Shown piece after piece: positions 22,352 to 31,174 of a DNA stretch of 64,000 nucleotides. The DNA comes from an uncultured Acidobacteriota bacterium. Its GTDB lineage: Bacteria > Acidobacteriota > Thermoanaerobaculia > UBA5066 > Gp7-AA6. How positions within the stretch are numbered: the first letter of the stretch is position 1; each line of letters starts with the position of its first letter. The position numbers and the translations under genes are program-made. A model generated the notes under the pieces. It was not told the origin of the DNA and searched no databases. It was given only the letters and a program-made list of their open reading frames with translations. Location of the stretch: positions 64,001 to 128,000 of the forward strand of contig CAVXTP010000021.1 in NCBI GenBank assembly GCA_963764715.1. The letters are read 5' to 3'.

Positions 22352-24562
22352 CTACTTGTTGTCCTTCTTGGGGGTCGGCGTCGGCTTCCGGCCGCGCTGG
22401 GGCGTCGAGACCTCGGCCGGTTTGGCCTTGCGCGACTCGGGCTCGACCCGCTGGTCCGACGGGTTCGTTTCGCGCGGCGCCGCGGCCCGCGGCTGATTGC
22501 GATCGGGCTGGCTCCGTTCGGATGCGACCGGCGGGCGCGGCGTCGGCCGCGGCGACGGGTGCCGCTCGGAAGCCTGGGGAGGCGGGCTGGCCGGGCGCTC
22601 GGCCGAACCCTGCGCCGAACGCCCAAAGCCCGCATGCGGATTCGAATCGGAGGTGAGCGGTCGGGCCGTCGGCCGCTGCGGCGGCCGGCGATCCTCGGGC
22701 CGCTCCTGCGGCTGCGACCGGTCCGGGGCGTCGCCCGGCACGCGGTCCTCGGGCCTCACCGGCGACTGGCGCGGCGTCGGACGCAGAGTCGTCGTCGGCC
22801 GCTCCTGATCCTCGGGCCGTGCCTCGGGCTGAGGCCGCGCCGGTGCTCGGTCGCTCGTCGCGGGGCGCTCCCGGTCTTCGGGCCGCGCGGGCGACGTCGG
22901 CCGGGGGGACGCGGATTCGCGGACCGGAGCCACGGGTTGCTCCTTCGTCGCGAGAGGGCGCCCGCGATTCGGCGCCACGGGCTCGGGCTTCGGCGCCCGG
23001 CTGTCCTCGGTCTTCGGCGCCAGCGTGACGCGGCCCTCCTCGGCCGCGGCCGGCCGCGAGGCGCGCGCGGGCTGCGCGGCGCGGCTCTCCCGCGCGGTGA
23101 GAGTCGCCGCTTCGGTCGTCGTCACGGGACGCCCGCGGTTCTCGCGGATCACGGCGACCTTCTGGTCGAATCTCGGCGGCGCCGGCGGGGGCGCCGACCG
23201 CGTCACGACCGTCCTCGAAACGGTGGCGGCTGGCGGACGTGCAACGGCCGCCTGACGGGTGGCGACGCGGATCGACTCGCGCGTCGGGACGATGGGGACC
23301 GCCCCGCGCACGACGGGCGCGCGCTCGACCTGGCTGACGATCGCCCGGTCGCGGACGTAGTTGTTCGTGACGCTGCGGCTCGAAACGAAGGTCTGCTGGT
23401 TGACGACCGTCACGTAGGTCCGATTGACGTACGTGATGTTCGTGACGTTGACGACGTTGACGGCCGGACGGCCCCACCAGGGGACGAGCGGGTCGCGCGG
23501 CGCCAGGGGAAACCATCCGATGTAGTCGGTCCCGACGCCGACGGACACCGAGAAGCCGGGCCCTCCGCCGACGAAGGCCACGAGGGCCGGGCTGTAGGAG
23601 ACGACCGCGACGCGGGGCGCCACGGGAACCCAGAACCAGCGGGAGCGGTACGTGACCCAGCGTCCGTAGTGGTACGGCGCCCAGCCCCAGGGCTCCGTCG
23701 AGACCCAGGTCCATCCCCACGGGTCCTGCCACAACCAGCGGCCGGCGCGGTAAGGCTGCCAGCCCACGGCGACCGACGCCGGCGTCCAGCACCATCCGTA
23801 GCTCGGGACCTGCTGCCAGTTCCCGTGGCGGTCGAGGTCTTCGACGCCCGCGATGTCGGCCGAGACGTACTGGTAGGAGCGCACGTTGGCGTAACGCGCG
23901 TCGCGATCGGCGACCCATCGGTCCCATCCGTCGGGCGCCGACACGGCGATCATGTCGTAACGCGGAGGCTCCTGTCCTTCGATGAGGATCGCGTCTCCGG
24001 CGCCGAGCGGGACCTGTCCGCCGCCCGAGGCGACGATCGCCCGGCCTCGCCAGACCTGCAGCCGCGTGTCGCCGTTGTCGCGGACGTCGACCCGGTAGTC
24101 GCCGGTCCGCTCGAAGGTGATCGCGGCGTTGGGCGTGTCGACTTCGAAGACGTCGTCGTCGCCGAGACGGCGGATCTGGAACGACGCCACGCCCGCCGAG
24201 AGCGAGAACTGCTGCGTGTCTTCGGTCAGGTTGAGCGCCGCGAGGTCGGTCTGGTTGGCAAGGCGGATGATGTTGCCGCCGTGGACCTGCAGCTCGAGGC
24301 GCCCGCGCGCGGTCCAGACCCGGTCGCCGAGGGTCATCGGAACGTTGGGGTTGGCCGGCTGCCACTCATCGGGATCGTCGCCGCGGGCGAACGAAACGTC
24401 GCCCGAGATGTACGCGAGACGCGCCACCGTCTGGCGGATGTCGTTGTCCGGATAGCCTTCGTTCGGATTGGCGTAGCCGTAATCGTCCTGCGCGAAGGCG
24501 ACGCCGCCCGCGAGAGCGGCGGCGAAAAATGCGGCGAGAGCCGCGTTGCGGCAGTTTTTCAT
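22352..24562 (-). CDS. Secreted FecR-like / DUF6600 domain protein with long Pro/Arg-rich tail
   Basis: Signal peptide; FEVDTPNAA (FecR-like); GWQPYRAGRW...WGWTWVSTEPWGWAPYHYGRW (DUF6600). Confidence 0.85.
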   Translation of the reverse strand: MKNCRNAALAAFFAAALAGGVAFAQDDYGYANPNEGYPDNDIRQTVARLAYISGDVSFARGDDPDEWQPANPNVPMTLGDRVWTARGRLELQVHGGNIIRLANQTDLAALNLTEDTQQFSLSAGVASFQIRRLGDDDVFEVDTPNAAITFERTGDYRVDVRDNGDTRLQVWRGRAIVASGGGQVPLGAGDAILIEGQEPPRYDMIAVSAPDGWDRWVADRDARYANVRSYQYVSADIAGVEDLDRHGNWQQVPSYGWCWTPASVAVGWQPYRAGRWLWQDPWGWTWVSTEPWGWAPYHYGRWVTYRSRWFWVPVAPRVAVVSYSPALVAFVGGGPGFSVSVGVGTDYIGWFPLAPRDPLVPWWGRPAVNVVNVTNITYVNRTYVTVVNQQTFVSSRSVTNNYVRDRAIVSQVERAPVVRGAVPIVPTRESIRVATRQAAVARPPAATVSRTVVTRSAPPPAPPRFDQKVAVIRENRGRPVTTTEAATLTARESRAAQPARASRPAAAEEGRVTLAPKTEDSRAPKPEPVAPNRGRPLATKEQPVAPVRESASPRPTSPARPEDRERPATSDRAPARPQPEARPEDQERPTTTLRPTPRQSPVRPEDRVPGDAPDRSQPQERPEDRRPPQRPTARPLTSDSNPHAGFGRSAQGSAERPASPPPQASERHPSPRPTPRPPVASERSQPDRNQPRAAAPRETNPSDQRVEPESRKAKPAEVSTPQRGRKPTPTPKKDNK

Positions 24563-24590
24563 GCGTTTCAACTCCTCGGCCGGACGATAC

Positions 24591-24606
24591 TGCAAAGTCC
24601 GTTCCC
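24591..24606 (-). promoter_or_regulatory. sigma54-like -24/-12 promoter
   Basis: GGGAAC-GGACT-TTGCA about 30 nt upstream of the DUF6600 start. Confidence 0.5.
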
Positions 24607-24635
24607 GATCGTCCCGCGGCCGTAGACTTGACCGG

Positions 24636-26471
24636 ATGGCCGACGGATTGCGCGTGACGCGGCCTCCCGACCGCCCTCTGGCGATCTTCGACGGCGACTG
24701 CGGATTCTGCCGTCTCTGGATCGCCCGCTGGAAGCTTCGGACGGGTCCGAAAGTGGACTATGCGCCCTCGCAGGAGGTCGCGTCGCGTTTCCCGGAGATC
24801 CCCGCGGAGCGCTTCGCGCAGGCCTTTCAGCTCGTGCTGCCCGACGGCCGCGTTCTCGAGGGGGCGGAGGCGGTGCTGGCGATCTCGGGCCGCACGCCGG
24901 GCGAGGGCATCGGGCTGGCGCTCTACCGGCGGGTCCCCGGGCTCGCGCCGCTCCTGGAGCTCGCGTACCGCCTCGTCGCGGGGCATCGACCCGCCGCGAT
25001 GGCCGTGACGCGGTGGGCGTGGGGCGCCTCGGTCCTCGTGCCGACGTACGAAGTCGCGAACGGCCTCTTCCTTCGGCTGCTCGGCCTCTGCTATCTCGCC
25101 GCGTTCGCTTCGCTCTGGGTCCAGATCGACGGCCTCGTCGGCTCCCGCGGCATCCTCCCGGTCTCGGAGTTTCTGGAGTGGGTCCGTGGGCAGACGGGCG
25201 CCGGCCGCTACTGGCTGCTGCCGACGCTGTCCTGGATCGCGCCGGGGGACGGGGCCCTGCATCTCCAGTGCGCCGCCGGAGTGGCGGCCTCGCTGTTGCT
25301 CGTCGCGGGCCTCGTCCCGGCCTGGAGCGCGTTCGCCGCGTGGGCGCTGTATCTCTCGCTCTCGGTCGCGGGCCAGCTCTTCCTCGAGTTCCAGTGGGAC
25401 TTTCTGCTCACGGAAGCCGGGCTCCTCGCCATCTTCCTCGCGCCGCCCGCGCTGCGCGCCCTGCGCCGAGGACTCGCGTCCCCGCGCCTCGCGCGCTTCC
25501 TCCTCGTCTGGCTGCTCTTCCGGCTGATGCTCTCCTCGGGAGCCGTCAAGCTCCTGAGCCGCGACCCGTCGTGGGCGACCCTGACCGCCCTGCGCGTGCA
25601 CTACGAGACCCAGCCGCTCCCGCCGTGGACCGCCTGGTTCATGCACCAGCTCTCGCCCGGGTTCCAGACGGCGTCGTGCGTCTTCCTCTTCTTCGTCGAG
25701 CTCGTCGTGCCGTTTCTCTATTTCGCTCCGCGGCGGCTGCGCCTCTTCGCCTGCGCGATGACGATCCTGCTGCAGGTCCTGATCGCAGCCACCGGAAACT
25801 ACGCCTTCTTCAACTGGCTGACGATCGCGCTCGCGGTGCTCCTCGTCGACGACGCGGCGTTCCGGAGGCGGGCCCCGGAGGCGCCAGCGCCCCGCGGGCC
25901 GGGTCCCTGGCCGCGCGCGATCCTGGTTCCGGCCGCGGTCCTTCTCCTCGCGGCGTCGGCTCCGCCCTTCCTCGCCTCGATCGGCCTTCGTGAGGCGATC
26001 CCGGGCCCGCTCATCGCGGCCTATCGCGCCGTCGCCCCGCTGCGCAGCGCCAACGGCTACGGGCTCTTCGCGGTGATGACGACCGCGCGCCACGAGATCG
26101 TCGTCGAGGGAAGCGAGGACGGCGTTTCCTGGCGCCCGTACGAGTTCCGCTGGAAGCCCGGGGATCCGATGCGCCGGCCGTCCTTCGTCGCGCCGCACCA
26201 GCCGCGACTCGACTGGCAGATGTGGTTCGCCGCACTCGGAAGCGCCGACGAGAATCCGTGGCTGACGCGATTTCTGGCGAGATTGCTGGAGGGCTCGACG
26301 GAGGTCCTGGCGTTGCTCCGATCGAATCCGTTTCCGGGCCGCCCGCCCCGCTTCGTTCGCGCCGTGGTCTACGACTACCGGTTCACCGACGCGCAAGAGC
26401 GACGCCGCAGCGGCGCCTGGTGGAAACGCGAGCTCCTGGGGCTCTACCGCCCCGTGCTCGGCGGAGGCTAG
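24636..26471 (+). CDS. Lipase maturation factor family protein with N-terminal DCC-type thiol-disulfide domain
   Basis: IFDGDCGFC (DCC); FQWDFLLTEAG, HYETQPLP, TGNYAFFN, HQPRLDWQMWFA (LMF); TAGACT-N7-ATG upstream. Confidence 0.9.
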   Translation: MADGLRVTRPPDRPLAIFDGDCGFCRLWIARWKLRTGPKVDYAPSQEVASRFPEIPAERFAQAFQLVLPDGRVLEGAEAVLAISGRTPGEGIGLALYRRVPGLAPLLELAYRLVAGHRPAAMAVTRWAWGASVLVPTYEVANGLFLRLLGLCYLAAFASLWVQIDGLVGSRGILPVSEFLEWVRGQTGAGRYWLLPTLSWIAPGDGALHLQCAAGVAASLLLVAGLVPAWSAFAAWALYLSLSVAGQLFLEFQWDFLLTEAGLLAIFLAPPALRALRRGLASPRLARFLLVWLLFRLMLSSGAVKLLSRDPSWATLTALRVHYETQPLPPWTAWFMHQLSPGFQTASCVFLFFVELVVPFLYFAPRRLRLFACAMTILLQVLIAATGNYAFFNWLTIALAVLLVDDAAFRRRAPEAPAPRGPGPWPRAILVPAAVLLLAASAPPFLASIGLREAIPGPLIAAYRAVAPLRSANGYGLFAVMTTARHEIVVEGSEDGVSWRPYEFRWKPGDPMRRPSFVAPHQPRLDWQMWFAALGSADENPWLTRFLARLLEGSTEVLALLRSNPFPGRPPRFVRAVVYDYRFTDAQERRRSGAWWKRELLGLYRPVLGGG

Positions 26472-26558
26472 GCGCACCCGAGACGGCGGCCGCCCGGGGG
26501 AGGGCGAACCGGGGGGAGGGTCCGAGCGCGACCCCGGGATGAGAGATGACCGAGGGCA

Positions 26559-28604
26559 CTAGACGCCGAAGCGCTCGGCGTTCCAGGCGAGCCCGAGCTC
26601 CCCCGGCGGGGCCATGTACCCCGCGAGGGCCGAGGCCGCGACGACCGCGGGGCTCGCGAGGAAGCCCTCGCCGCCGTAGCCCATGCGGTTCTGCCAGTTG
26701 CGGTTGAAGGACGTGATCGCCCGCTGTCCCGGCGTGAGGGCGTCGGGCCCCTGGCCGAAGCAGGGACCGCACCACGACTGGCGGATCTGCCCGCCGACCG
26801 AGCGGAAGACCTCGGCGATCGACTCGCCGCCCAGGCGCGGGTCCGGTTTCTCGATCTGGCGCCCGACGCCGCCCGAGCCCGGAAAGATCGTGAACGTGCG
26901 CGCCACCTTGCGGAAGCCGAGGTCGCGCGCGGCGTGGAGCACGAGGGCGGCCGAGAGCAGATCGTCGTAGCCGCCGTTGGTGCAGGAGCCGATCATCGCC
27001 CGGTCGAACGCGAGGCGCTCGCGCGCCACCTCGTCGGCGGGGAAAGCGTTGCCGGGAGCGAACGGCTTGGCGATCATCGGCGCGATCTCCGAGAGCGCCA
27101 GCGTTTCGTCGAGGGCGTAGACGGCGTCGGGGCCGGGGGCGACGCGCGGGTAGGGAAGCGGACCGAGGCCCTTGGAGCGGTACCAGGCGTCGGTCACGTC
27201 GTCCTCGGCGAAGATGCCGTTCAACGCCTCGGCCTCCGCCATCATGTTGGCGATCGTGTTTCGGAACGCGATCGGGAGCTGGCGCTCGGCGTCCACGAAC
27301 TCGACCGACATGCCCTGCGACTGCTTCGCCCCCCAGCGGCGCAGGAGCTCGAGGACGATGTCCTTGCCCGAGACCCAGGGCTGGAGCCTGCCGGAGAGGA
27401 CGACGCGCCGCTGCTTCGCGAGGGTGAAGTAGATGTAACCCGTGGACCAGCCGAAGCCGAGCGTCGTCGACCCGACGCCGAACCCGACCGCGCCGTAGGC
27501 GCCGTAGGCGCGGCTGTGCGAGTCGGCGCCCGGGATGAACTGGGCGGGCAGGACGAGCCCCTGCTCGGGGAAGTAGAAGTGGAAGATCCCGTCGCCCGGG
27601 CTGGCGTAGTAGGGCTTTTCGAGGCCGTGGAGGCGGGCGAACTCGCGGCCGATCGAGGTCTGCCGGTCGTCGTCCTCCCGGCCCGTGAAGACGAAGTGGT
27701 CGTTGGCGATGGCGGCCTGCCGCGGGTCGATCGCGCGCCCGCCGGTGATCTGGTTGAAGGTGTGGATCGCGAACGGGGCCGTCCCGTCGGAGGCGGGCAG
27801 CAGGTCCGCGTAGACCCGCAGCGTCGCCCCGGGCTCGACCCGCGCGTCCTTGTCGACGCGGTGCGCCCACACGATCTGCTCGGTCGTCGTCATCCGGCGC
27901 GCGAGCTCCGCGTCGGGGAAGCGGACTTCCGGGGTCCGGCGAACCGACTCGCGGAACTCCCGCCGGCCCACGGCGAAGATTCCGCCGCTCGAGCGGATCT
28001 CCTCCTCCTTGGGCGAGAGCGGAACGGGCGTGTACGTCTTTCCCCGGGTCTCGTTGGTCAGTCGGCGCGAGGCCGGGTCGAACGCGAAGACGTCGCCGTC
28101 CTTCGCGTCCTCGACCGCCTCGGGCGACTGCACGACCTGGAGCCCGAGGTTGAACGCGTTGCGGCGGAAGATGTCGCCCATCCCGTGGCTGCAGACGACG
28201 ACGAGCTCCAGCCCCTTTTCCTCGGCCACGCCCTTCAACCCGGCCGGGCTCATCTCCCGCGAGGAGCCGATCGCGAAGCGCTCGCCCGCCACGACGAACG
28301 TCTCGCCGCGGTGGACGCGCTGGCGGAAGTCCGGCATCAGGTGGCGGAAGGACCCCGCCTTCCAGCGCTCGTCGAGGGTCTCGAGGCTCTCCGAGACGCA
28401 GTCGGCGGCCGGCGTGATCTGGTCGGTGTCGATCGCATCGAGCTTGCGCCCGGGCCGCGCCGGGTCCCAGAAGATGAGGGCGCGGCCCCGAATGAGGCGC
28501 GACGCGGCGTCGTCCGCCGGAGTGTCGGAGGGGCGGGGCCCGGGGAGGTCTTTCGGTTGGATGCCCGGCTTGAGTCGGGCGGGTTCGAGCCTGTGTTTCG
28601 TCAC
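26559..28604 (-). CDS. Aconitase-family hydro-lyase, fused with small (LeuD-like) domain N-terminal to large (LeuC-like) domain
   Basis: IDTDQITPA, GSSRE and IFRRNAFNLGL are N-terminal; NDH, GADSH, GSCTNG, WCGPCFG, SFNRNWQNRMG and LASPAVVAASA are C-terminal. Confidence 0.88.
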   Translation of the reverse strand: MTKHRLEPARLKPGIQPKDLPGPRPSDTPADDAASRLIRGRALIFWDPARPGRKLDAIDTDQITPAADCVSESLETLDERWKAGSFRHLMPDFRQRVHRGETFVVAGERFAIGSSREMSPAGLKGVAEEKGLELVVVCSHGMGDIFRRNAFNLGLQVVQSPEAVEDAKDGDVFAFDPASRRLTNETRGKTYTPVPLSPKEEEIRSSGGIFAVGRREFRESVRRTPEVRFPDAELARRMTTTEQIVWAHRVDKDARVEPGATLRVYADLLPASDGTAPFAIHTFNQITGGRAIDPRQAAIANDHFVFTGREDDDRQTSIGREFARLHGLEKPYYASPGDGIFHFYFPEQGLVLPAQFIPGADSHSRAYGAYGAVGFGVGSTTLGFGWSTGYIYFTLAKQRRVVLSGRLQPWVSGKDIVLELLRRWGAKQSQGMSVEFVDAERQLPIAFRNTIANMMAEAEALNGIFAEDDVTDAWYRSKGLGPLPYPRVAPGPDAVYALDETLALSEIAPMIAKPFAPGNAFPADEVARERLAFDRAMIGSCTNGGYDDLLSAALVLHAARDLGFRKVARTFTIFPGSGGVGRQIEKPDPRLGGESIAEVFRSVGGQIRQSWCGPCFGQGPDALTPGQRAITSFNRNWQNRMGYGGEGFLASPAVVAASALAGYMAPPGELGLAWNAERFGV

Positions 28605-28616
28605 AGGCCCGTCATC

Positions 28617-30380
28617 CTACCGCGCCGGGGACTCGTTCGGGAGCGCGTTGGCCTGGGCGAGATCGGTGCGGCGGACGCGCTCCTGCCAGGTCACCTGCCG
28701 GGCTTGCTCGAAGAGACCCGCCGCGCGTCCGAACGCGAGGCGGGCGGCGTCGTAGTCGCGGTCGCGCAGCAGCCGTTCGCCCTCCTGCTCGCTGGCGCGG
28801 CCTTCGCCGAAGATCGCTCCCGCCGTCTCGCGCGCGTTGATGCGCTCGGCCTCGATGCGCGCCAGCGCGGCCTTCAGCCGGAGGTCTTCCGCCGGCTGGC
28901 GCAGCTCCGGCCGGACCTTCCGCGCGATCCGCGCGGGAGGACGATGCGACGCGGGCACCGCGGCGGCCGCGGCCGCGTCCGGCGAAGGGGCCGCGACCGC
29001 GGGCACGGCGACCTCGGCGGGCGCGAGGACCGAAACGGCGAGAGGGGCCTCCGCCGCCGGAGGATCGACGCGGACGGCCTCGCGCCTCGACTGCACCTGG
29101 CTCACGACGAAGAAGGCGCCGACGGCGAGCGTCGCCGCGGTCGCGAGCGCGGTCAGCGGCCGCGCCCAGGCGCGCGCGAGCGGGGGAAGCGGGGGCAGCG
29201 AGCTCCGGCGGGCCGCGTAGAGGTCGGCGACGGTGCTCGCCGCCGCCGGCGGCTCGGCCGCGACGGGAGCCTCGATCCAGAGCTCCTCCGGAGTCGGCAC
29301 CGGTTCCGAGAGCGTCGCCACCACCACCGGGACCTCCACCGGCGTCAGCGGCTCCTCGTCGGGAACGGCGTCGCCCCGGCGGCGCCGAGGCGCGCCCGGA
29401 GGCGGCAGCGCCGCCGCGACCTCGGGCTCCGGGGCGAGCACGGGACCGTGGACGACGACCGGGTTCGTCGACTCCATGTCGGAGGTCGCCGCGACAGCCT
29501 GGCTCTCGGGGTTGAGGAGCTTGTAGAGGAAGAGAGCGAGGTTCGCGGTGTAGAGCGAGAACGGGTTGCCCGTCACGATCTGCTGGAGGGCCCGGTGCGC
29601 GTCGATCGCGGATTCGAACCGCTCGGCGGCCGGCGCGAGGCACTTCCGGAGAAACTCTTCGAGCTCTTCGGAGCGGGGATCCCCGGCGCGCAGCTCCGCC
29701 GACGGCGTGTCGAGGGACGGCCGGCGCCCGGTCAGGAGCTCGATCAGAATCGCCCCGAGCGAGTAGACGTCGGCGTTGGCGCCGACGAGCCCGGCGTAGC
29801 GGACCTCCGGGGCGACGTAGGGTCCGATGTCCGCCAGCAGCCGCGGCGACATGATCGACGGGAGGACCCCGTCGGCGACGCCGAAGCCGCCGACCCGAAC
29901 CGCGGCGTCGTGCGAGATCGAGACGAAGCCCGGCCAGAGCAGCCCGTGATCCGACGGCCGACCATCGACCACGGTCTGGTGAGCGTGCTCGAGCGCAGCC
30001 GCGATGCGCTCGGTGATGAGAAGGGCGTACTCCGCGGGAATGCGGATGCCGAGCATGCGCACGCGCGCGAGCATCGCGTCGAGCGTCCACCCGGACGTCT
30101 CGTCCCAGGTCATGAACGGGACGTCCTCGACCTCGTCGAACTGGCCCCGCGCGACGATGGCGTCGTGGACCATCGGGCCGCGAAGCGCGTTCTCCTCGAT
30201 CGCCCGGGCGATGTCGTCGTGCGACAGCTCGGCCGACTCCAGGACCCGAAGCCGGACGAAGCGGCGCTCGTCGGCGGCGTACAGGGCGCGGTAGACGGTT
30301 CCGAGGGAGTCTTCGCCGAGCTGGGCGACGAGCAGGTACTCGCCCAGCTGGCGCTGGAGGAACGGAGCGGGGCTGCTCAT
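28617..30380 (-). CDS. Membrane-anchored Ser/Thr kinase-like protein, probable pseudokinase
   Basis: Kinase-fold motifs (GTVYRA, YVAPE, ADVYSLGAILIELLTG) with degenerate catalytic motifs; Pro/Ala linker, TM segment, helical C-terminus. Confidence 0.8.
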   Translation of the reverse strand: MSSPAPFLQRQLGEYLLVAQLGEDSLGTVYRALYAADERRFVRLRVLESAELSHDDIARAIEENALRGPMVHDAIVARGQFDEVEDVPFMTWDETSGWTLDAMLARVRMLGIRIPAEYALLITERIAAALEHAHQTVVDGRPSDHGLLWPGFVSISHDAAVRVGGFGVADGVLPSIMSPRLLADIGPYVAPEVRYAGLVGANADVYSLGAILIELLTGRRPSLDTPSAELRAGDPRSEELEEFLRKCLAPAAERFESAIDAHRALQQIVTGNPFSLYTANLALFLYKLLNPESQAVAATSDMESTNPVVVHGPVLAPEPEVAAALPPPGAPRRRRGDAVPDEEPLTPVEVPVVVATLSEPVPTPEELWIEAPVAAEPPAAASTVADLYAARRSSLPPLPPLARAWARPLTALATAATLAVGAFFVVSQVQSRREAVRVDPPAAEAPLAVSVLAPAEVAVPAVAAPSPDAAAAAAVPASHRPPARIARKVRPELRQPAEDLRLKAALARIEAERINARETAGAIFGEGRASEQEGERLLRDRDYDAARLAFGRAAGLFEQARQVTWQERVRRTDLAQANALPNESPAR

Positions 30381-30460
30381 GCGCTCGTTCTCGGGGGAAG
30401 CTCCCGCCCGCGGCCCGCCTCAGCGTTGGCAGTCATAACTTCGTTGGGTTCCAGCAGTTT

Positions 30461-30476
30461 AGCAGCTTCCGTGCCG
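30461..30476 (-). promoter_or_regulatory. sigma54 -24/-12 promoter
   Basis: CGGCAC-GGAAG-CTGCT with IHF-like TTTCAAGCGGTTA upstream. Confidence 0.6.
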
Positions 30477-30566
30477 TCGGCCGCTCCGAGCGGGGTTGCG
30501 GGCTAACCGCTTGAAATCAAAGGGACGAGCGACTGGGAGCGAACCGCCCGCGCGCCCGAGCCTGAC

Positions 30567-30600
30567 AAAAAAAGGCGGAGACGCCGAGGGCGCCTCCGCC
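30567..30600 (-). terminator. Intrinsic terminator after the FKBP gene
   Basis: GGCGGAG...CTCCGCC stem followed by T7 on the minus strand. Confidence 0.75.
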
Positions 30601-30620
30601 GGATTGTCCAATCGCGAGAG

Positions 30621-31094
30621 CTACTTGACCGCGATGAGCTCGACCTCGAAGAGGAGCGTGGCGTTGGGCGGGATCACGCCGCCGGCGCCACGCGACCCGT
30701 AGCCGAGCTGCGCCGGGATGAGCAGGAGCCGCTTGCCCCCGACTTTCATCGTCGCGACGCCCTCGTCCCAGCCCTTGATGACCCGGCCCTGGCCGAGGGG
30801 AAACTCGAACGGCGTTCCGCGGTCGACCGAGCTGTCGAACTTCTTGCCCTTGGCGCCGTTCTCCCAGAGCCAGCCCGTGTAGTCCATGACGCAGGTCTGG
30901 CCGGACTTGGGCGTGGCGCCCGTGCCTTCCTTGATGTCCTCGTACTGAAGCCCGCTCGGGGTCGATCTCATCTTGGACTCGCTTTTCTTGGCCGCCTCGG
31001 GGGCGGGAGTCGGTTTCACGTCGTCGGCCACCGCGGGCGCGACGGCGAGCGCAGCGGCGAGCGCTGCCGGGAGGAAGAGGGAGATCCGCTTCAT
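30621..31094 (-). CDS. FKBP-type peptidyl-prolyl isomerase
   Basis: Signal peptide; YTGWL, KFDSSVDRG, VIKGWDEG, IPPNATLLFEVEL. Confidence 0.95.
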   Translation of the reverse strand: MKRISLFLPAALAAALAVAPAVADDVKPTPAPEAAKKSESKMRSTPSGLQYEDIKEGTGATPKSGQTCVMDYTGWLWENGAKGKKFDSSVDRGTPFEFPLGQGRVIKGWDEGVATMKVGGKRLLLIPAQLGYGSRGAGGVIPPNATLLFEVELIAVK

Positions 31095-31174
31095 GCTGAC
31101 GTCCTTTCTGGCTTCGGCTTCGGTCCAAAGCAACCGAAGCGCGGCAGTCTACCGCAACGCTTTCGGGTCGGGGC

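Noticed and set aside
22595-22660. Possible in-frame palindromic insertion (PLTSDSNPHAGFGRSAQGSAE) in the DUF6600 tail
   Set aside because: Composition differs slightly from the flanks, but I found no second copy, clear hairpin or target duplication.
26934-30506. 1190-aa plus-strand ORF and the many other long Arg/Gly/Pro-rich ORFs in the track
   Set aside because: They are antisense or off-frame shadows of recognisable genes, as expected in high-GC DNA with few stop codons, and carry no family motifs.
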